Below, piece after piece: positions 9,559-19,321 of a DNA stretch of 64,000 nucleotides (its first letter is position 1; the number at the start of each line of letters is the position of its first letter). The position numbers were made by a program, and so were the translations under genes. The notes below the pieces were generated by a model. The model made no database searches. It was not told the origin of the DNA and worked only from the letters and a program-made list of their open reading frames with translations. This DNA is from Desulfocurvus sp. (GTDB taxonomy: Bacteria > Desulfobacterota > Desulfovibrionia > Desulfovibrionales > Desulfovibrionaceae), in the NCBI GenBank assembly GCA_020692325.1, contig JAIMKR010000006.1:67933-131932 (forward strand), given 5' to 3'.

Positions 9559-10407
9559 TTACACCTCCAGGAGAATATTGTCTATAAGGCGGACCTTTCC
9601 GACGAACACCGCGACGGCGAGGAGCGTTGGCGCGGTGATGTTCGCAACCGGCTCCAGCGACTCTGGGTGCACGAAGGACGCATAGTCCACGCGCGCGGCG
9701 GGCAGCTTTCCGGCCAGATGCTCGGCGAAGATGCGGCCGAGTTCGGCGGTGTCGCGCGTGCCGGCGGCGAGCTCGCGGCGCACCTCCAGCAATCCCCCGT
9801 GGATGGCCGGAGCCTTGGCGCGCTCCTCCGGCGTCAGGTAGACATTGCGCGAACTCATGGCCAGGCCGTCGGCCTCGCGGAAGATGGGCCGGCCGACGAG
9901 CTCCACGTCCAGGTCCAGATCGCGCGCCATACGCCGCAGAATGGCCAGCTGCTGCCAGTCCTTCTCGCCGAAGACGGCCACATCCGGCCGGACGAGGTGC
10001 ATGAGCTTGAGCACCACGGTGCACACGCCGCGGAAGTGGATGGGCCGCGAGGCGCCGCACAGGCGCTTGCCCATCTCCGGCACCTCCACCCAGGTGGAGT
10101 GATCCGGCCGGTACATGGCGGCGGGATCGGGCGCGAAGACGACATCGACCCCATGCTCGCGCGCGATGGCGAGATCGTGGTCCAGATCGCGCGGGTAGCG
10201 GTCCAGGTCCTCGTTCGGGCCGAACTGCGTGGGGTTGATGAACACGCTGACGACGAGCTTGTCGGCGCGCAGCCGGGCGTGGTCGAGCAGGCTCATATGG
10301 CCGTCGTGCAGGTAGCCCATGGTGGGCACCAGCGCGATGGTGCGGCCTTCCTTGGCCCAGACGCGACACTGCGCGCGGAGTTGATCGGGAAGTTTGATGC
10401 AATCCAT
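9559..10407 (-). CDS. panC: Pantoate-beta-alanine ligase
   Basis: VPTMGYLHDGH, FINPTQF, RPIHFRGV, FGEKDWQQ, GLAMSSRN, RLIDN. Confidence 0.97.
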   Translation of the reverse strand: MDCIKLPDQLRAQCRVWAKEGRTIALVPTMGYLHDGHMSLLDHARLRADKLVVSVFINPTQFGPNEDLDRYPRDLDHDLAIAREHGVDVVFAPDPAAMYRPDHSTWVEVPEMGKRLCGASRPIHFRGVCTVVLKLMHLVRPDVAVFGEKDWQQLAILRRMARDLDLDVELVGRPIFREADGLAMSSRNVYLTPEERAKAPAIHGGLLEVRRELAAGTRDTAELGRIFAEHLAGKLPAARVDYASFVHPESLEPVANITAPTLLAVAVFVGKVRLIDNILLEV

Positions 10408-10536
10408 GGGGGGCCCCCCTTGGCTCTGTTTTTCGGAAGGCAAACATGGCACGATTGACAGGACCTGTCCACCCCTAAATCCCCGCCCGCCCCGTGGGCC
10501 TTGTGCAGATTTTGACGGCGGGTTAGAGACCCATCC

Positions 10537-12987
10537 ATGCGACCCGCCGCCGACATCTTCTCGGAAATCCTGGCCGACAACAGCGTCACGCTCACACGGC
10601 AGGATCTCATCAACATGGAGCACAGCCTGAAGGACGCCATCCATTCCTTCGCGCCCTTCACCTCTTACAGCCTGTACTTCCCGCGCGAGGGCGACCGCGC
10701 CGCGATTCTGCGCTACGATCCGGCCGCGCGCGAGCTCATGCTGCCCCTGACGCTCGACGGCCGCTGCCTGGGCGTGTTCGTGGCGCGCGGCGTGCGTTTG
10801 AAGGCCCCCAAGGCCGAGCCGCCGCTGCTGGCCGCGCTGGCCGGGCGCGTGCTGGGGGAACTCCTTCTATATAAACGCTCGGTGACGGACCCGCTCACCG
10901 GTCTCGCCAACCGCGACCACTTCCAGAAGACGCTGACGCAGGAAATCGACCTCATCCGCCACTGCATGGACGCCACCAGCGGCGGGCGCACGGACCCGGA
11001 TGTGCAGTGCTTCAGCGCGGCCCTGGGCGTCATCCTCCTCGACCTGGACTGCTTCCAGTGGATCAACGAGCGCTACGGCTACGCCCTGGGCGACCGCATC
11101 GCCGCCGGGGTGGGACGCGCCATCGCCGAGACCAGCCCCGGCCACGTCACGACCGCGCGCCTGCACAACGACACCTTCGCCATCCTCGCGCCCGACGCCA
11201 GCCCCAAGGCCTCCTTCCAACTGGCGGAACAGGTGCGCCAAGCCATCGGCGCTCTGAGCTTTCAGGACGAGATCACGGGCGACCGCATCGGCGTCACGGC
11301 GTCGCTGGGCTCGGCCAACTATCCGCAAAGTCTGCGCGGTCCCCAGCTGGAGCGCTCCCCGGCGGAGCAGGCGCGCATCCTGTTGCGCGCGGCGCAGAAG
11401 GCCGTGGGCGTCAGCAAGGATCTGGGACGCAACCAGGTTTTCGCCTTCCAGGACATCGCCCGCGCCGGCGGCCGCATCATCGAGGCTCTGCCCATGCAGC
11501 GCTTCTCCGTCACGCTGGGGCGGGGAGTGGGCGCGCAGGAGGGCATGCGCTATCTCGTGTGGTCGCCGAAACTCCAGCGCACCATGCAGGCCCGCCTGTC
11601 CGGCGACGAGCGCCTCACCGGCCGCGCGCCGGAGCTGTACAAGGGCGAGGTGGTGCTCACCGAGGTGCAGCAGGATCTGGCCGTGGCCGAGGTGCTGCAC
11701 GCCGGCGACCCGACCTGGACGCCCGAGCCCGGCGACAGGCTCACGCTCATTTCCGAACGGGACAGCCTCTTCGCCCCCAGCGCCGGCGAGGGCGGGCCGG
11801 CCCAGCGCGACATGCTCACCGGTCTGTACGGCTACCGCGATTTTCTGGCCTTTTTCGGCCGCGCGCGCCTGCGGGAGGAGGCCTTCGCCCTCGTGCTCGC
11901 ACGCGTGGTGCCGCCGGAGGAGGACACCGCCGCGCCGGAGCGCCGGAGCGGAGGCGTCAAGCACATGGACGCCGCCGTGGCCCGGGTGGCGGCGCTGGCC
12001 GAAAGCATCCTGCCGGGACCCGGCGCGGACGGCAAGCGCATGACCGGCGGCCGGGCCGGACTGGGGGGACTGGTGCATTTCCTGCCCGGGCGGCACGGCC
12101 CGGAGCTGGCCGAACGCGCGGCCGAGCTGGTCGCCCGCGCCATGGCCGAACACGGCCTGGAGCTGGCCATCGGGCTCTACGCCCACCCCTTTCTCTCCTT
12201 CGCCAAAGCCGACGCGTTGGACTGCGCGCGCAAGGCGCTGGAGCACGCCATGCTCCTGCCGCCGCCGCACGTGGCGCTGTTCGACTCCGTGTCCCTCAAC
12301 GTCGCCGCCGACAGGCTCTTCGCCGAGGGCGACCTGTACGCGGCGGTGGAGGAGTTCAAGCTCTCCCTCGCGGCCGACGAGAACAACATGCTGGCGCGCA
12401 ATTCGCTGGGCATCTGCTACGCGCAGCTAGGCAAGACGGACCTCGCGCTGATCGAATTCGAGCGTGTGGCCGAGGCCGAGCCGGACAACCTCATGGTCCA
12501 CTACAACATGGGCCGCGCCAGCCAGCGCCTGGGCGACGCCAAACGCGCGCGCCGGGCCTTCGAACGCTGCCTGGAGCTGGATCCGACGCACTGCTTCAGT
12601 CTGCTGGGGCTGGGGGCCCTGGCCGAGGCCGCCGGCGAAATGGATCGGGCGCGCGATTTCTACGAGCGGGCGCGGGCCGTCCCCGGCGGCGAGGCGAGCG
12701 CCCTGCGGCCGCTGGCCCGGGTGGCCCTGGCCTCCGGCAAGCCGGAACGCGCGCGCGAACTGCTGCATCTTGCCCTTTCGGCCAATCACAACGACGCCTA
12801 CGCCATGGGCATGTTGGCGCGGCTGTACCTAGACGCCGGCGAGGATCCGCAGATCGCCGAGGTGCTGGCCAGGCAGGCCGCAGCCCTCATGCCCGAACGC
12901 AAGGAGTCCTGGGACGCGCTGGTCGAGGCGCTGACCAGGCAGGGCCGCCTCGAGGAGGCGCGCGAAGCCGCAGCGCGCCGAGGCTGA
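10537..12987 (+). CDS. Degenerate GGDEF-domain protein with C-terminal TPR repeats
   Basis: DPLTGLANR and DLDCFQWINERYG..GD, but ARLHNDTF where GGDEF is expected; second DMLTGLY half-domain; TPR repeats (NSLGICYAQLG, YNMGRA). Confidence 0.8.
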   Translation: MRPAADIFSEILADNSVTLTRQDLINMEHSLKDAIHSFAPFTSYSLYFPREGDRAAILRYDPAARELMLPLTLDGRCLGVFVARGVRLKAPKAEPPLLAALAGRVLGELLLYKRSVTDPLTGLANRDHFQKTLTQEIDLIRHCMDATSGGRTDPDVQCFSAALGVILLDLDCFQWINERYGYALGDRIAAGVGRAIAETSPGHVTTARLHNDTFAILAPDASPKASFQLAEQVRQAIGALSFQDEITGDRIGVTASLGSANYPQSLRGPQLERSPAEQARILLRAAQKAVGVSKDLGRNQVFAFQDIARAGGRIIEALPMQRFSVTLGRGVGAQEGMRYLVWSPKLQRTMQARLSGDERLTGRAPELYKGEVVLTEVQQDLAVAEVLHAGDPTWTPEPGDRLTLISERDSLFAPSAGEGGPAQRDMLTGLYGYRDFLAFFGRARLREEAFALVLARVVPPEEDTAAPERRSGGVKHMDAAVARVAALAESILPGPGADGKRMTGGRAGLGGLVHFLPGRHGPELAERAAELVARAMAEHGLELAIGLYAHPFLSFAKADALDCARKALEHAMLLPPPHVALFDSVSLNVAADRLFAEGDLYAAVEEFKLSLAADENNMLARNSLGICYAQLGKTDLALIEFERVAEAEPDNLMVHYNMGRASQRLGDAKRARRAFERCLELDPTHCFSLLGLGALAEAAGEMDRARDFYERARAVPGGEASALRPLARVALASGKPERARELLHLALSANHNDAYAMGMLARLYLDAGEDPQIAEVLARQAAALMPERKESWDALVEALTRQGRLEEAREAAARRG

Positions 12988-13038
12988 CCGCATGCATCAC
13001 GAACCACCGCGCAACCGCGCGGCGAAAGGAGGATCCTC

Positions 13039-13425
13039 ATGTCGCCCGATTCCGCCATCGTGGGCGTGCCACTGAGCACGCAACTGCTCGCCTTCGCCGT
13101 GCTCATGCAGGTTTTCGCCGTTCTGGCCGTGCTGTGGCGGCGCATTTTCGGCATGGCGGAGCGGCCGCGTGGTCCGCGCTGGCCTTTCATCCCGCTACTG
13201 CTGGGCACGGGCGCTGGCGTCTGGTACGCCTGGATACAGAGCGACCTCGTATTCGGAGCGGCGCAGGGCGTGGCCCTGTTCGTCTGCACGCTGCTCATCA
13301 TCAACCGGCACGGACGGCCCGTGGGCGAGGCCACCGGACCCGCCCGCACTCCGCGGACGGACAAAAAGGCAAAACGCGCCGCGCGGCGCGCACAAAAGGA
13401 CAAAAAGGATAATGGCGGCAACTAA
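13039..13425 (+). CDS. Small membrane protein resembling the lipid-A-disaccharide synthase N-terminal (LAB_N) domain
   Basis: Three hydrophobic segments; YAWIQSDLVFGAAQ resembles the YA..R.D.VF..GQ pattern. Confidence 0.45.
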   Translation: MSPDSAIVGVPLSTQLLAFAVLMQVFAVLAVLWRRIFGMAERPRGPRWPFIPLLLGTGAGVWYAWIQSDLVFGAAQGVALFVCTLLIINRHGRPVGEATGPARTPRTDKKAKRAARRAQKDKKDNGGN

Positions 13426-14146
13426 GGCACGGGACGTGAAACCCCTGCTCAAGGGGTTGGTCATGCTCGCCGTGCTCGGCGGGCTCGTCCTGGTGGCGAA
13501 ATACTGCGGACTGGAGTCGCGGCTCTCGGGCCAGAGCGAATGGTTCATGGCGCACGTGCAGGGGCACGGCGCGGAGGGCGTGCTGCTCTTCGTGGGAGTG
13601 TCGGGGCTGGCCTCGGCGCTGGGGATGCCCCGTCAGGTGCTCGCGTTCCTGGGCGGCTATGCCTACGGCTGGCTGTGGGGCGGCCTGCTCACCACACTGG
13701 GCACGCTGTCCAGCTGCGCGCTGGACTTCACCCTGGCCCGCACCCTGGGACGCGATCTGGTCATGGGGCGCTTCGGCCACCGCGTGGCCAAATTCGACGC
13801 CTTCCTGCGCGCCGATCCCTTCCGCACCGCGCTGGCCATCCGGCTGTTCCCGGTGGGACACAACCTCTCCACCAGTGTCATCGCCGGAGTCACCAGCATT
13901 CCCGCCGGGGCGTTCCTCCTCGGTACGGCGCTGGGCTACGTGCCCATGAACATCATCTTCGCCCTCTTCGGCGCGGGCATCAATGCGCAGTCGCCCACGG
14001 GCAAACTTCTGTCCATAGGGCTCAGCCTGGTGCTGCTCGTGGCCTCCAGCTGGCTCGGCGTGTCCATCTACCGCTCCTACAAACGCCGGGGCGCCGTGCC
14101 CGTCGCCGAGGACGATTCACCCGACGCGGACGGCCAGGCCAGTTGA
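13412..14146 (+). CDS. TVP38/TMEM64 (VTT/DedA) family membrane protein
   Basis: MPRQVLAFLGGYAYG, IRLFPVG, FLLGTALGYVP. Confidence 0.85.
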   Translation: MAATKARDVKPLLKGLVMLAVLGGLVLVAKYCGLESRLSGQSEWFMAHVQGHGAEGVLLFVGVSGLASALGMPRQVLAFLGGYAYGWLWGGLLTTLGTLSSCALDFTLARTLGRDLVMGRFGHRVAKFDAFLRADPFRTALAIRLFPVGHNLSTSVIAGVTSIPAGAFLLGTALGYVPMNIIFALFGAGINAQSPTGKLLSIGLSLVLLVASSWLGVSIYRSYKRRGAVPVAEDDSPDADGQAS

Positions 14147-14348
14147 CGGCGAAACTCGCGGACGAGCGCAGCCCACGTATATTCGTTCAAATGAAGAGAT
14201 GAGGCTTTCAGGCCTTCACGAGGCACGGGGCGGGGGCCAGCTGCCCCCCAAAAAAGCCGGCGGATCGCTCCACCGGCCTCCTCACTGTGGCCTTCGGAAA
14301 ATAACCAGCCCATGCCGGAAGCATCCCCCCGCGCGGACTTCCCTTCAC

Positions 14349-14984
14349 CTAGCCGCAGCCGGGCGGGACGAGAGAGGGGCGGTACAGATCGTCCGGCCGC
14401 GCCGCGAGCTTCAGGCGCGGAGCCAGCCGCTTCCAAATGAACCAGCACAGCAGCCCCACGCACGCGCCAAGAACCCACCCACCGAGCACATCCACGGGGT
14501 AGTGCTTGCCCAGATACACCCGCGACCAGCCAACCATGACGGGCAACGCCCATACGGCGCGCCGCAGCTTTGGCCAGAACAACGCGCACAACAGCGCGAA
14601 AGCCATGGAATTGGCCGCGTGGGCCGAGGGGAACGAGGTGTCGCGCACGCGGTCGATTTTGTACCCCTCCGGCACACGCTGCCACACGCCGGAGTCGCGG
14701 TAGTACGTGCCCACCACGGAGTGCTGGGGCCGCAGGCGTGGCACTTCATGCTTGACCACGTTGCAACCGAGGTCCGACACTCCCATGGCCAGCGCCAGCA
14801 CGATGAAGTAAGCCGCCTGATCCTTGCCGCGCAAGGTCGAACGCCACACGATGGCGACGGCGATGATCACAAGCAGGGCGATCCGGCTGGAGAACAGCGG
14901 AAGGACCATATCCAGAACAGGTGCGCGCCATTCTTGGTTGAGCAGCAGTTGCAGACTCGCGTCCGCTGACGGGACAGGAAACAT
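14349..14984 (-). CDS. PAP2-family phosphatase
   Basis: K...PRLRP, SFPSAHA, SRVYLGKHYPVD motifs. Confidence 0.9.
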   Translation of the reverse strand: MFPVPSADASLQLLLNQEWRAPVLDMVLPLFSSRIALLVIIAVAIVWRSTLRGKDQAAYFIVLALAMGVSDLGCNVVKHEVPRLRPQHSVVGTYYRDSGVWQRVPEGYKIDRVRDTSFPSAHAANSMAFALLCALFWPKLRRAVWALPVMVGWSRVYLGKHYPVDVLGGWVLGACVGLLCWFIWKRLAPRLKLAARPDDLYRPSLVPPGCG

Positions 14985-15120
14985 GAGGGCCTCCTCGTGG
15001 CGGAAGGAAGCTGGTCCCGCCGTCTGTCCGGCTATGCCAAAGCCCCGCCGGCTTGTCAAAGCCGGAAAATTCGTTCAAAACTGCGCCAGCAATCCCCCCA
15101 ACAAGGAGCCCCGCGCCGCC

Positions 15121-16263
15121 ATGCCGAAAATCGCCATCACCATGTCCAGGCTCGGCCTCTACGGCGGCGCCGAGGGTTTCGGTTGGCGCCTGGCCGAAAC
15201 ACTCGTCGCGGCCGGCCACGACGTGGACTTCCTTTGCGCCCGCGCCGAGGGCGAGCCACCGGCTGGCGTGACTCCCGTGGAGCTGGGCCGTCCCCCCCTG
15301 GGCCGCGCCATCAAGAACCTCTGTTTCGACCGCGCCGTGGAACGCCGTCTGCGCGCGACGGACTACGACGTGGTCATCGGCCTGGGGCGCACGCGCCGGC
15401 AGGACATTCTGCGCGTGGGCGGCGGCCCCATGTCCGTGTTCAACCGCCTCACCCTGCCGGCCTATGGCGAGGGCCTCGCGCGCGCCATCAAGAGCCTGCG
15501 CCGCGCCCTCTCCCCGGCCAACGCCGTCATCGCCCGGCTGGAGGCCACGCAGTTCGAAAACCCGGCCAATCCGCGCCAGCGCATCGTCTGCGTGTCCGAC
15601 CTCGTGCGCGGCTGGCTGCTCGAGGCGCACCCGGCCATCGATCCGGCGAGCGTGCGCGTGATCTACAACAGCCCGGACCTCTCGCGCTTCGCCCCGCCAG
15701 ACCCCACCGTGCGCGCCGTCCTGCGCGCCAAGCGCGGCATCGCCGAAAACGACGTCGTCATCTGCACCGCCGGAACGAATTTCGCTCTCAAGGGACTGGC
15801 CACGCTCATCCACGCCCTGCCGCTGCTGCCGCCGGACTTCCGTCTGGCCGTGGCCGGCGGCCGCCACCCGGACCGCTGGCGCGACCTCGCCCGCCGGCTC
15901 GGCGTGGAGGGACGCGTGAGCTTCGCCGGCCGCGTGGACGACATGCCCGCCTTCTACGCCGCTGCCGATGTCTTCGCCCTGCCCACCCACTACGACGCCT
16001 GCTCCAACGCCGTGTTGGAGGCCCTGGCCTGCGGCCTGCCCGCCGTCACCACCGCGCGCAACGGCAGCGCCGTCTTCCTGCCGCCGGAACTCGTGCTGCC
16101 GGACCCCGCCGACGCCGAGGGCCTCGCCGCGCGCATCCGCCTCGCCCTCGACAACCGCGTCCACGCCGTCCCCTTCGTCTGGCCCGAACATTTTCTACGC
16201 GGCATGACGCCATACCTCGATCTCGTGGACGAGATCATCGCCGAGAAGGGACGCGCCCGGTGA
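15121..16263 (+). CDS. Glycosyltransferase family 4 (RfaG-like)
   Basis: YGGAE, FALKG, LPTHYDACSNAVLEALACGLP. Confidence 0.9.
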   Translation: MPKIAITMSRLGLYGGAEGFGWRLAETLVAAGHDVDFLCARAEGEPPAGVTPVELGRPPLGRAIKNLCFDRAVERRLRATDYDVVIGLGRTRRQDILRVGGGPMSVFNRLTLPAYGEGLARAIKSLRRALSPANAVIARLEATQFENPANPRQRIVCVSDLVRGWLLEAHPAIDPASVRVIYNSPDLSRFAPPDPTVRAVLRAKRGIAENDVVICTAGTNFALKGLATLIHALPLLPPDFRLAVAGGRHPDRWRDLARRLGVEGRVSFAGRVDDMPAFYAAADVFALPTHYDACSNAVLEALACGLPAVTTARNGSAVFLPPELVLPDPADAEGLAARIRLALDNRVHAVPFVWPEHFLRGMTPYLDLVDEIIAEKGRAR

Positions 16264-17261
16264 GCCTGGATCTGCTCTTCCTCACGTCCTCCGGCGCGAC
16301 CTTTCCCAGCGTGCGTTTCCGCGTGCTGCCCTTCGTGGAGCTGGGCCGCGCGCGCGGACTCGCCACGGACTGGCGGCCCGCCCCCACGGCGATCCACAAG
16401 CGTCTGGCCTGCCTGCTCTCCCTGCCGCGCGCCCACGTCGCCGTCATCCAGCGAACGCTCTTCGCTCCCTGGGAGCTCAACCTCATCCGCCGTCGCTGCG
16501 AAAAACTCGTCTACGACGTGGACGACGCCCTTTGGGCCCCCAACCCGGCGAACATCAGCAAGCCCGACGGCGCGGCGAAGGCCGCCAAAATCCGCACGCG
16601 CTTCGCCCGCACCTGCGCAGCCGTGGATCTCGTCATCGCCGGCAACGATCACCTCGCCCGGCACGCCCGGGAATTCCAGAAACACGTCTTCGTCCTGCCC
16701 ACCCCGCTCGACACCGACTTCTACACCCCGCTCCCGCCCGACGCCGCCTGCCCAGGTCCCCTGCGCGTGGGCTGGATGGGCCTCGCCGGCAACCTCCACT
16801 TCCTGCCGGAGGTATTGCGGCAGCTCAACGCCCACCGCGAGCGCATCGAACTGCGCGTCGTCGCCGACGAACCCTACGATGGCGAACTCGCCGACATGAT
16901 CCGCTTCGAACGCTGGAGCCCCACTCTGGAGGCCGACCAGCTGCGCGGCTTCCAGGTCGGCCTCATGCCGCTCACCGACGACGAGTACACGCGCGGCAAG
17001 TGCGGCTTCAAAATCCTCCAGTACATGGCCGTGGGAGCCGTGCCCGTCGCCTCAGCCGTCGGCTGCAACAACGAGATCGTCACCGACGGCCGCGACGGTC
17101 TGCTTGTGCGCGAGCCCTCGGACTGGGTCCGGCACATCCTGCGCCTGGCCGACGACCGCGACGCCCTGGAACGCATGGGCCAAAACGCCCGCGCCGCCGT
17201 CGTCAAACGCTTCGGCCTCGCCGCAATGGCTCCCGAATTCTGGCGCGCTTTGGGGCTGTGA
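16260..17261 (+). CDS. Glycosyltransferase family 4
   Basis: PSVRFRV, YDVDDALW, GKCGFKILQYMAVG; GTGA overlap with the upstream gene. Confidence 0.85.
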   Translation: MSLDLLFLTSSGATFPSVRFRVLPFVELGRARGLATDWRPAPTAIHKRLACLLSLPRAHVAVIQRTLFAPWELNLIRRRCEKLVYDVDDALWAPNPANISKPDGAAKAAKIRTRFARTCAAVDLVIAGNDHLARHAREFQKHVFVLPTPLDTDFYTPLPPDAACPGPLRVGWMGLAGNLHFLPEVLRQLNAHRERIELRVVADEPYDGELADMIRFERWSPTLEADQLRGFQVGLMPLTDDEYTRGKCGFKILQYMAVGAVPVASAVGCNNEIVTDGRDGLLVREPSDWVRHILRLADDRDALERMGQNARAAVVKRFGLAAMAPEFWRALGL

Positions 17262-17410
17262 TCCGCCAGCGCGTCCCCCACGCGCAAACCCCGCGTTTTT
17301 TCGGCAACCTCGCCGCTGACGCCGCTTCCAACCATACGCCCCGCCATGGATTCGCGGACGCACTCACTCGGTCCACCTCGGGGGCTCCGCCCCCCACCCC
17401 GCCGGGACCA

Positions 17411-17756
17411 GCCCCGGACCCCGCCAAAGGGCATACGCCCTTTGGAATCCCATATTCGTTCGGCTTCCCCGATGCGGAGCCATCGGAAAAGCCGAACGAC
17501 CGGTGCGGATTCAAAATGCGTCGGCGATGGCGAAACAGAAAAAAATTTCCCTTGGAGTTCAAAATCACTGGTTAGAATGGCTTTCGACGCCCCGGCCGTT
17601 TAAATAAAACAAAGAGTCACGGGATATTGAACACGCTCGCGCCTGATACCAGGTTTCACGGGTGGCGTTGGAGCCCGGGCCAGCCCGTGTCACCTGTAAA
17701 AGCCTTTGGAAGGGGGCCGGGGGGAGGACCTTTCCAGCGGAAAGGTGTCCCCCCGA
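17411..17756. repeat. Composite REP/MITE-like hairpin element, copy 1
   Basis: Left motif gccccggaccccgcc-aaagggc ATAC gcccttt-ggaatcc; internal hairpin about 17456-17500; right ~90-bp motif 17664-17756 near-identical to 20764-20859. Confidence 0.75.
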
Positions 17757-17883
17757 AAACTCCACGTTTTTCCTGAATATTCACACACCCCGCGTGCGTC
17801 CGCGCCATGCCCCGGACCTTGCGCGGACCGGCCCGACGCGGCATAGGGCATCGCATCGCGACAGCATCACAGGAGGTCGTTTC

Positions 17884-18867
17884 ATGCACTGCATCCTCAA
17901 CACCAGCACCGATCCCGCCTTCAATCTGGCGGCGGAGGAATGGCTGCTGCGCCGCTCGGACGAAGACGCGTTCATGCTCTGGCGCAACGCGCCCTCGGTC
18001 ATCGTGGGCCGCAACCAGAACACCCGGGCGCAGATCAACGAGGACTTCGTGCGCGCGCGCGGCATTCCGGTGGTGCGCAGGCTTTCCGGCGGGGGTGCGG
18101 TGTTCCACGACCTCGGCAACGTGAACTTCACCTTCATCAGTCTGTCCCACGCGGCGGGCTCCGGGCTGGACTTCCAACGCTTCACCCGGCCGATCATCGC
18201 CGCGCTGGGCGGCATGGAGGTGAACTGCGGTTTCGACGGCCGCAACGATCTGACCATCGACGGCCGCAAAATCTCCGGCAACGCCCAGCACGTGAGCGGC
18301 AACCGCGTGCTGCATCACGGCACGCTGCTTTTCTCCTCACGAATGAACGATCTCTCCGAAGCGCTGCGCATCGATTCCGAGAAGTACCGCGACAAGGCGG
18401 TCAAAAGCGTGCGCAGCCGCGTGACGAACATCGCCGAGCATTTACCCCCGCCGGGCATGGGCGTGGAGGAATTCATGGAGCGCCTCATGGCGGGCGTCTC
18501 CGGCGGAAGCGGCGCGGCGGCGCTCACCTTCGCCCCGGAGGAGCGGGAAGGCATCGCCGCGCTGGCCCGCGCGCGCTACGCCACCTGGGAGTGGAACTAC
18601 GGCAAGGCGCCGGACTACGGCTTCACGCGCGCCACGCGCACGGCCGGCGGCATGGTGGAGGCGCATCTGGACGTGCGCGCCGGCGTCATCCACCGCGCGC
18701 GGCTGCTGGGCGATTATTTCGGGGAGCGCGGGATATCCGGTCTGGAGGAGCTGCTGCGCGGCTGCCGGCACGAGCGCGCGGCCCTGGCCGAGCGGCTGGC
18801 GGGCACGGATCTGGACGGCTACCTGCGCGGCGTGAGCCTGGAGGGATTTCTGGACTGCCTGTTCTGA
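17884..18867 (+). CDS. lplA: Lipoate-protein ligase A
   Basis: FNLAAEE, LWRN, VRRLSGGGAVFHDLGN, RNDL, KISGNAQ, HHGTLL, KSVRSRV, TWEWNYG. Confidence 0.93.
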   Translation: MHCILNTSTDPAFNLAAEEWLLRRSDEDAFMLWRNAPSVIVGRNQNTRAQINEDFVRARGIPVVRRLSGGGAVFHDLGNVNFTFISLSHAAGSGLDFQRFTRPIIAALGGMEVNCGFDGRNDLTIDGRKISGNAQHVSGNRVLHHGTLLFSSRMNDLSEALRIDSEKYRDKAVKSVRSRVTNIAEHLPPPGMGVEEFMERLMAGVSGGSGAAALTFAPEEREGIAALARARYATWEWNYGKAPDYGFTRATRTAGGMVEAHLDVRAGVIHRARLLGDYFGERGISGLEELLRGCRHERAALAERLAGTDLDGYLRGVSLEGFLDCLF

Positions 18868-19321
18868 AAATGGCGGGGACCGATCCCCACGGTGGCGAGC
18901 GGTCCCACTGGCCGAGCGATGGGTGCGCCTTCCGCCCAAAAGTGATGAGAGGCGATCGTTCCGGCGATGCCCACGGCGGCCCTTTTGGGGAACAGGCTCC
19001 CGTCATCGGTCATGTCGCTCATAGCGTCCTCCATTTCGAGCCGTCTGGGATGGCTCATCGTCGCCATCCGGGTGGCGTGAGCGTATCCTCCGTGTTTCCT
19101 TCTCCATGCCTCCGGAGGTGGGGCGAATCCTCTCAACTTGTTGCCCGATTCTCCCAAAAACGGCACGATGCGTTGTCCGCGCGCCCCGGGGTTTGCTATG
19201 AAGAGGGGGGTCATCGGAATGGGTCCCGGCCCCGGCGAGTCCGTGGTCCCCGCCCCCGACGCGCCGCGACGCCCCTTTCGCGCCCGGCGGCGAAGCCAAC
19301 ATCCAAGCAAAGGTGGAGAAA

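Noticed and set aside
9168-10536. SAM riboswitch upstream of metK or the pan operon
   Set aside because: metK follows panD by about 30 nt, and I found no SAM-I/II/IV consensus before panC
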